Assembly: GCA_964016885.1 (NCBI GenBank)
Contig: OZ024762.1
Location: 16,368,001-16,432,000 of the forward strand
Reading direction: 5' to 3'
DNA length: 64,000 nucleotides
From: Eledone cirrhosa
Lineage: Eukaryota
Part shown: in pieces, positions 53,606 through 64,000 of the stretch
Numbering within the stretch: position 1 is the stretch's first letter
How the letters are laid out: every line of letters begins with the position of its first letter
Program-made: the position numbers and the translations under genes
Notes under the pieces: model-generated
What the model was told of the DNA's origin: nothing
Database searches by the model: none
Seen by the model: only the letters and a program-made list of their open reading frames with translations

Positions 53606-54988
53606 AGAGACGTTAGTAAGAGATGTTAGTAAGAGATGTTAGTAAGAGACGTTAGTAAGAGATGTTAGTAAGAGACGTTAGTAAGAGATGTTAGTAAGAG
53701 ACGTTAGTAAGAGACGTTAGTAAGAGATGTTAGTAAGAGATGTTAGTAAGAGACGTAAGAGATGTTAGTAAGAGACGTTAGTAAGAGACGTTAGTAAGAG
53801 ATGTTAGTAAGAGACGTTAGTAAGAGATGTTAGTAAGAGACGTTAGTAAGAGATGTTAGTAAGAGACGTTAGTAAGAGATGTTAGTAAGAGACGTTAGTA
53901 AGAGATGTTAGTAAGAGACGTTAGTAAGAGATGTTAGTAAGAGACGTTAGTAAGAGATGTTAGTAAGAGACGTTAGTAAGAGATGTTAGTAAGAGACGTT
54001 AGTAAGAGATGTTAGTAAGAGACGTTAGTAAGAGATGTTAGTAAGAGACGTTAGTAAGAGATGTTAGTAAGAGATGTTAGTAAGAGACGTTAGTAAGAGA
54101 TGTTAGTAAGAGACGTTAGTAAGAGATGTTAGTAAGAGACGTTAGTAAGAGACGTTAGTAAGAGACGTTAGTAAGAGACGTTAGTAAGAGATGTTAGTAA
54201 GAGATGTTAGTAAGAGACGTTAGTAAGAGATGTTAGTAAGAGACGTTAGTAAGAGATGTTAGTAAGAGACGTTAGTAAGAGACGTTAGTAAGAGACGTTA
54301 GTAAGAGATGTTAGTAAGAGACGTTAGTAAGAGATGTTAGTAAGAGACGTAAGAGATGTTAGTAAGAGACGTTAGTAAGAGACGTTAGTAAGAGACGTTA
54401 GTAAGAGATGTTAGTAAGAGACGTAAGAGATGTTAGTAAGAGACGTTAGTAAGAGATGTTAGTAAGAGACGTTAGTAAGAGATGTTAGTAAGAGACGTTA
54501 GTAAGAGATGTTAGTAAGAGACGTAAGAGATGTTAGTAAGAGACGTTAGTAAGAGACGTTAGTAAGAGACGTTAGTAAGAGACGTTAGTAAGAGATGTTA
54601 GTAAGAGACGTTAGTAAGAGACGTTAGTAAGAGATGTTAGTAAGAGACGTAAGAGATGTTAGTAAGAGACGTTAGTAAGAGACGTTAGTAAGAGACGTTA
54701 GTAAGAGATGTTAGTAAGAGACGTTAGTAAGAGACGTTAGTAAGAGACGTAAGAGATGTTAGTAAGAGACGTTAGTAAGAGACGTTAGTAAGAGACGTTA
54801 GTAAGAGACGTTAGTAAGAGATGTTAGTAAGAGATGTTAGTAAGAGATGTTAGTAAGAGACATTAGTAAGAGATGTTAGTAAGAGATGTTAGTAAGAGAT
54901 GTTAGTAAGAGACGTTAGTAAGAGACGTTAGTAAGAGACGTTAGTAAGAGATGTTAGTAAGTGACGTTAATATAGAGAGACGTTAGTT
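53606..54988. repeat. 13-bp minisatellite (GTTAGTAAGAGAY), ~105 copies, occasional 9-bp units
   Basis: Read directly. Confidence 0.97.
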
Positions 54989-55089
54989 TGGAGAGGCGTT
55001 AGTCCAAAGACAAGACTCTTTTCTTATCTGACTTCCCTCATTTCTAAATATTCTAATATATATTCAGTCATTCATAAACAGAACCTTCT

Positions 55090-55595
55090 CGCCCCTCTCT
55101 CTCACCCCCTGTCTCTCATACCCCTCTCTCTCTCCCTCTCTCAACCCCTATCTCTCATCCCTCTCTCTCTCACCTTCTGTCTCTCGTCCCCTGTTTCTCA
55201 CACCCTGTCTCTCATCCCCTGTCTCACTCCCTGTCTCTCACCCCTTGTCTCTCATCCCCTGTCTCTCATCTCTCTATCTCACACCCTGTCTCTCATCCCC
55301 TCTTTCTCATCTCTCTCTCTCAACCCCTGTCTCTCGAACCTCTCTCTCTCTCATCTCTCTCTCTCAACCCCTATCTCTCGTCCCTCTCTCTCACCCCTGT
55401 CTCTCATCTCTCTCTCTTTCACCTGCTGTCTCTCGCCCCCTGTTTCTCACCCCTGTCTCTCACCCCCTGTCTCTCGTCCCCTGTTTCTCACACCCTGTCT
55501 CTCACCCCCCGTCTCTCATCTCCTGTCTCTCATCCCCCTCTCCCTCATCTCTCTCTCTCACCCCTTGTCTCTCGTCCCTCTCTCTCTCACCCCGC
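55090..55595. repeat. CT-rich degenerate repeat (CCCCTGTCTCTCA-like)
   Basis: Read directly. Confidence 0.85.
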
Positions 55596-55733
55596 TCTAT
55601 TTATTATATATTAATGTGTCAACGATGTCTCATTATCGATCTCACTTTCTCTCACTCTCTTTCTTAGAAAGTCTTACTGAACACACAAGCCGAAACCTCC
55701 TGGCGCCGCGGTCCGGATTTATATATATATATA

Positions 55734-55930
55734 TAACGAAGGAATTGTGGTAAGGGACCAGATGGACCATAACGCACCAGAGTACTCAATACATAAGGTA
55801 ATAGAGTGGGTAGTAGGAAAAAGTATGACGCCGACGGCAGAGCTCAAGCCGTTTCCACGGCTAATTCTGGAGTCTAGAAATAGCCGTTGAAACGGCTTGA
55901 GCTCTGCCGTCGGGGTCATACTTTTTCCTA
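55734..55930. mobile_element. Short Penelope-like fold-back copy, same subfamily as 15055-16326
   Basis: ~80-bp tail followed by a near-perfect hairpin with ~55-bp arms, TAGGAAAAAGTATGAC...GTCATACTTTTTCCTA. Confidence 0.75.
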
Positions 55931-55994
55931 TATATATATATATATATATGTGTGTGTCTTTCACACCCCTCCCCCACTCTCTGTGTATAAATGT

Positions 55995-56044
<50 letters not shown>

Positions 56045-56094
56045 ACATTTATACACAGGGAGGGGTGGGGGTGAAAGACACACACACACACACG

Positions 56095-56157
<63 letters not shown>

Positions 56158-56537
56158 TACAGAAGCTCTCTCTGTCTATTTATTTATTGTTGAACAATCT
56201 CGTTGAGTGAACAGAACTGACATATAAACAGTTGGGTGTATAGGGTGTTCAACCGTTGCTCCTCTGATCTAGATAGCCAGTGTGTGTATATATATATATA
56301 TATATATAAATACGTGTGTATATATATATAAATACTGTATATATATATTCATATAAATACGTGTGTGTATATGTATACATACATACACACACACATATAT
56401 ATATACACATATATACATACACACACATATATATATACACACACCCACCCATATATATATACATATATATATATGTGTGTGTGTGTATATATATATGTAT
56501 ATTTGTATTTATGTATATATAGATATATATATATACA

Positions 56538-56616
56538 CAGGGTGTCCCCCCCAAAATATATACACACTTCAACAGCATTCTAATAAAAGTGTGTATACAT
56601 TTTGGGGGATACCCTG
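56538..56616. mobile_element. Tiny Tc1/mariner-type MITE
   Basis: CAGGGTGTCCCCCCAAAA...TTTTGGGGGATACCCTG-TA; reverse-orientation relative of 38619-38695. Confidence 0.75.
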
Positions 56617-56665
56617 TATATACATATATCTATATATACATAAATACAAATATACATATATATAT

Positions 56666-56700
<35 letters not shown>

Positions 56701-56703
<3 letters not shown>

Positions 56704-57043
56704 CATTTCATCATTTCATCATTTCATTTTACGTCCGCTTTTTCCCTGCTTGCAAGGGTGGGACGGGAACTGATGCTGGCTTGATTTCTACAGTTGGATG
56801 CTCTTCCTAACACCAACCTCATTTACAGTAAGTGCTGGGTGCTTTTTTTGCCATGGCACCTCCACGACCGCTTTGCAGTGGAATGATAGGGACCCCAGTC
56901 CCTATCATCTCATTTCTACAGCTGAGTAAACTGGAGCAATGTGAAATAAAGTGTCTTGCTCAAGGAAACAACACATCACCCGGTCTGAGAATTGAACTCA
57001 CAACCTTTCGATTGCAAGGCCAATGCTCTAACCACTAACCATT
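56701..57043 (-). mobile_element. SINE family B copy, near full length
   Basis: Reverse complement of 2983-3318. Confidence 0.9.
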
Positions 57044-57044
57044 G

Positions 57045-57865
57045 TCTCCTTCATCGTGGCAATCATCTTGGTGTAGCTTCGCTGGATTGCCTCAAGCTCC
57101 ATGGTTAGTTTGACACTATGGGGTGACCACAACTGGGAGCAGTAGTCCAGGCGGCTTAGGACAAATGTCCTCCATAGTGTCAACATGCTGTCTCAGTCTC
57201 TTGTCTGGAAAGTCCTCAAGATCCAGCTAGCGAGTCGTCTGCACATTGTCGCCACTTTCATTATGTGTGAGGAAAAAGATGCATCATCGCTCATGTCTAT
57301 GCTCAGGTCTCGTATCGATTTTTACACGGAGATATCGGTCCCTCCTGCTCCTGTGTAGTTGTGTTGTACTATATTTGTGTTTGCAGGTTTGTTTGGAGGT
57401 TTGTATTGTAGGGCTTGGAATTTGCCAGCATTAAACTGCATGTTGTTTTCTTCCGCCCATCTGTATATGGCATCCAGATCTTGTTGTAAAAGGGCAGCGT
57501 CAGCCGGGTTTTTGATTGCCTGTGCTACCTTAGTGTCATCAGCATAGCTAGTGAGGGATGTTGTTGTATGTACTACAGAGGGCATGTCTGAGAGAGCCAC
57601 CAAAAACAGTAGTGGTCCCAGGACTGTCCCCTGGGGCACCCCACTTGTTATTGGTGTTTCATTTGAGAGGGCCCCATTTGCTGCGACTGTCTGGCTTCTG
57701 TCCTTTAGGAAGTCATGCAGCCACTCACCTACTTTTCCAGTTATGCCGAGTCTGTGTACTTTGTGACATATCATTCCGTGGTCGACCTTGTCAAAGGCCT
57801 TCGCAAAGTCAAGATATATCACGTCCACATGTGAGCTGTCTAGTAGTTGTTTCAGTACCCAGTCG

Positions 57866-57866
<1 letters not shown>
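57045..57866 (-). pseudogene. Internal RT fragment of a second CR1/L2-group LINE, disrupted
   Basis: [14 protein letters not shown]...[14 protein letters not shown]...YADDTK, then MLTLWRTFVLSRLDYCSQLWSP after a break. Confidence 0.9.
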
Positions 57867-60200
<2,334 letters not shown>

Positions 60201-60603
60201 TATATCGGGGAAATGTCTGCCGCCTCACATAGCACGTGAAACAGGAGTGAAAGAAAGACAGAAAGGAAACGGAAGAAAGGAAAGAAGATATTAAGATATC
60301 GTGTTAGAAAATGTAAGACATTATAATAAATGGGGGGGGGGGGGTATATAAACATGTTCATCGTAAGAGTTACTAATTAAGTATTTTCTCAAGTTTATTT
60401 ACTAATAATTAGTAAATAAACTTGAGAAAATTAACAAAGAAAGGATAAGACAACGGAAACAAAGCAAAGCGAACATCGATTTTTTAAGGGAAAACCTTAA
60501 AAAAAATATTGTTTTAAAAATAAATATACAAACGAAAGACACAGAACTCCATGGACATCGGCTGTTGAGGTGGACTTAGGCAGCTTCGACTCCTATATAT
60601 ATC

Positions 60604-60637
<34 letters not shown>

Positions 60638-60638
<1 letters not shown>

Positions 60639-60817
60639 GTAGGTCCCGGGTTGAGTCGGGGATAACCACAGTAAGTAAGAGGTACTCAATACATGGCAGA
60701 GTAAAATTTTTTTATTTTATAGAAGGAGCTTCTACAGGACTAGTACTGTTTCATTCAGAAGATTTCATTCCTGAAGATTTCATCTGAATGAAACAGTACT
60801 AGTCCTGTAGAAGCTCC

Positions 60818-60822
<5 letters not shown>
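60638..60822. mobile_element. Penelope-like fold-back remnant with a hammerhead motif (60768-60812, plus strand)
   Basis: ~40-bp inverted arms 60720-60759 and 60783-60822; TTC-CTGAAGA-TTTC ATCT GAAT-GAAA-CAG(n8)CTG-TA-GAA; GTACTCAATAC tail. Confidence 0.7.
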
Positions 60823-60888
<66 letters not shown>

Positions 60889-61732
60889 GGAAAACGGGGT
60901 ATCGGTGATGCATCAGAACACAATATATTACGTATTACAATTGTTTCTCCGGCAAACAGCTTGAGGTGCGATCTGTTTGTGGATCGAACCTGACTCTGGA
61001 TTGGCAAGTTCCTTAGATACGTCTAGTGACTTCGAAGTAACTAGACGTATCGAAGGAGCATAGAGTGCTCAACCGGCATACCGCCTATGGACGCATCCTA
61101 GCAACCATACTACAAATATATATATATATATAGATATGTGAAAATATGGGTGAGAAGAATACTGCTGGTTGCACATGGATAACATGTTATAAAATGAGTC
61201 CCTCATCAGTGATTTACCAAACGATCGTGGGTATTTCATCGCATTAAAAATCATATACCTCACGTTGGAGCGATAATAACTAAAATAAGTTATTAGGACA
61301 ATAGAAGCGCGTAAAGCGAGTGAGACAAGTAAACAACACAGGGGGACGCTAACCGAAGATGGAAATAAACACAAGCAACATAGTTATTCTTTCAGCATAA
61401 GCTGTGTGAATATATGAGCGAGTTAGAAAACAGACCTTTCGCTAGTGAATCCGGTGTTAGAAAGAATTAAAACCGTTTTCCCAGCGAACGGGAGGAAGAA
61501 AGAAGGGAGAAACAGGGACTGAGTGAGTGGGAGTGCGAGGAAGAGGTCAGTAGAGAGAAAGAGTTAACTGACATGGCAGAGGGGACGAAAGAAAGTAAGA
61601 GAAACAGAGAGAACGAGGGAGCAGTAAGAGAGAAAGAGAGAAACACAGAATTGCAGTTTGGGTAAATATATGAAAATATGGGTGGGAAGAATACTGCTGG
61701 TTGCACATGGATAACATGTTATAAAATATATA

Positions 61733-62500
61733 TAGATAGATATATTTCTTTATTAGCCACAGGGGCACAAAAGAAGGGGACAAATACAAAGGGGGAAGTT
61801 TACATACAATAAAAACGTGTAGATAGATAGATATATTTCTTTATTAGTCACAGGGGCACAAAAGAAGGGGACAAATACAAAGGGGGAAGTTTACATACAA
61901 TAAAAACGTGTAAAATGTTATCACAAATGGAATTTAAAAGTTAGTCGATTTTCCCCAATAGAGGGAGACAGTTTATATGGGTAACACATACCCCCGAAAA
62001 AAAATGTGCAACCCTCATCTCCAGGAGTACGATGAGTTTGTACTCCTTTCCTCGCCTCCTCCTTTTCCTCAACCTACAGGTTGATATAGAGAGAAGGCCC
62101 ATTCACTCGGGCCATTCTCGCCACTTTCACCCACCTTTCATAAAACTTGCTGGGGTACAGCACCTCTCTCTCCATCCTGGTGTACAGTACCTCTCTCTCC
62201 ATCCTGGGGTACAGCACCTCTCTCTCCATCCTGACTCTTCTTCCAAAGTGGTATTTGAAAAAAAGAATCAGTTGTTGGCCGGAGAGAAAGGTGTCTGACC
62301 TCAGCCCTTTCAACCTTGTCCACCATACAACCTCTTTCGCCATAGCTATCACACAAAGGAAAACCGCCTCTCCTTCGTTTTTGAAGGAGGGTGGCGGTTT
62401 GATCATGACAATGGACTCGGTGGTCAACTGGATTGGTCCCACCCGCGACAATAGTCGTTCTACATAGCCCCACAGGTCAGTGACGCCCGGGCAGTGTTGT
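61733..62500 (-). mobile_element. 5'-truncated Tx1/L1-group retrotransposon: ORF2 C-terminus (62074-62497) plus 3'UTR with duplicated end
   Basis: HCPGVTDLWGYV...AKEVVWWTR...FYERW pattern; 27-bp in-frame triplication; AATAAA near the 3' end; (GATA)n on both sides. Confidence 0.65.
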
Positions 62501-62587
62501 AGATAGATAGATAGATAGATATAACAACACAATCGGTACAGTATATGGAAGGTTAACTCTTAAAATAGCAGGAAGAGGGTCTTAACG

Positions 62588-62846
<259 letters not shown>

Positions 62847-63384
62847 ATATATATATATCTTTACAAACATACATGGTGTTTAATTATTGTTGATAAAAAA
62901 TAAAAAAAATTGACAAAATTCGACTCCAAAACGAAAAAAATAATATAACAAAAAAATTAAGTAAATTTTGTTTTTTAATCTTCAAACATTAAAAACAATT
63001 TTAAAAACTGACTTTTGAAAAAAATGTCTTATTTAAACTGTCAATACATTATTTAAATAGTCTTTTTTTTTTTTATTATTTTATTCTTTTTTTAAAAGAA
63101 GTTGTTATTTTTTTGGAAATCCATATTAAAATTTATATTCAGCGTTGAGTTTTGAATTTGGTGGGGTGTGTCTCTGTGTGTATATAACGGCTCATGGTGG
63201 TGGTGGTGGTGGTGTATGTGTGTGTGTGTGGTGGTGTATGGTGGTGGTGGTGTATGTGAGAAAAATAGCGAAGTCCTTGGTAAAACAATAACGACAGTAT
63301 CTGATCCCTAATTCCTGGTGGAGTCGTGAGATTCTGTTTGTATTGGCTGACTCAACCTGGTTAAGCTCATCCCTCTTTCTTTAA

Positions 63385-63723
63385 TAATGATTTCTACTTT
63401 AGTCACAAGGCCAACAAGTCGATTAAATCGATACCAGTGTATTACTGGTACTTTATTTTATCGACCATGTAAGGACGAAAGGCAAAAGTAGCCTCGGCGG
63501 GATTTGAACTCAGGACGTAAAGGTAATAATAATTGTTTCTACTTTTGGCACAAGGCCAGCAATTACCCCAGTGCATTACTGGTACTTTATTTTATCGACC
63601 CCGTAAGGATGAAAGGCAAAGTTAACCTCGGCGGGATTTGAACTCAAACCATAAAGGGGCGTAACTCTTTGCTGCAAAGCATAGCGTCAGACCCTCTACC
63701 GATACTGCCAATCCACCGCCCCT
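63385..63723 (-). mobile_element. Two tandem SINE family A copies
   Basis: Reverse complement of family A. Confidence 0.9.
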
Positions 63724-63755
63724 AAAGGTAATAATAATAGTAACAATTTCACCAT

Positions 63756-64000
63756 TTATTTGCCAATCAATGCAGCCACAGAGAACTTAAGCGGGATTTT
63801 CGTGCGCTCCGTCGTAAACGCACTCTCTGTCCGGGATTCCATTTTAAACGAACTAATTTCTCCTTCTGAACGACTCTCGTTTATAATTGAAACCGTGTCC
63901 TGCACTTTAGATCGATTTAGTGGCCTCACTAAACACTGGAAAGCAGATCTTCTCTGTAACAGTTCATCCGTTGTTATAAGTTTCCTCATGCTGCTTAGAC
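63756..64000 (-). CDS. Probable last coding exon, running off the window edge, of a protein with a C-terminal eh1-like motif
   Basis: Non-repetitive, CpG-containing frame open to the window end; finishes ...KIPLKFSVAALIGK*. Confidence 0.5.
   Translation of the reverse strand, partial: LSSMRKLITTDELLQRRSAFQCLVRPLNRSKVQDTVSIINESRSEGEISSFKMESRTESAFTTERTKIPLKFSVAALIGK

Noticed and set aside
53606-54988. Telomeric repeat
   Set aside because: Contains TTAG, but the 13-bp unit is not TTAGGG or TTAGG and the array is interstitial

Overview
Repeat-dense animal genomic DNA, not prokaryotic. The SINE, LINE and microsatellite landscape looks like a coleoid cephalopod, probably an octopus; this is inferred from recalled repeat sequences, not from a search. 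Most of the long ORFs in the track are artefacts of (TA)n, (CA)n, (GA)n, (CCA)n and (CTA)n tracts and of a ~9 kb satellite with a 66-bp unit. Supported coding content: one intact APE-RT ORF2 of a 5'-truncated CR1/L2-group LINE (29337-32474, minus strand); a ~350-aa host ORF with no recognisable domain (33980-35020); a probable last coding exon ending in an eh1-like motif at the right edge; and relics of RTE, R4/Dong-like, CR1 and Tx1/L1 elements. Most notable: (1) about nine type-I hammerhead-ribozyme motifs inside short Penelope-like fold-back remnants; (2) a 1.2-kb inverted repeat from a fold-back family with a fixed inversion boundary; (3) a U-UUU-UUA -1 frameshift site that joins ORF1 to the AUG-less ORF2 of the LINE; (4) several minisatellites that can be traced to the transposon segment they arose from; (5) a fold-back element carrying two inverted tRNA-like boxes. 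Coordinates were read by eye and may be off by a few bases.
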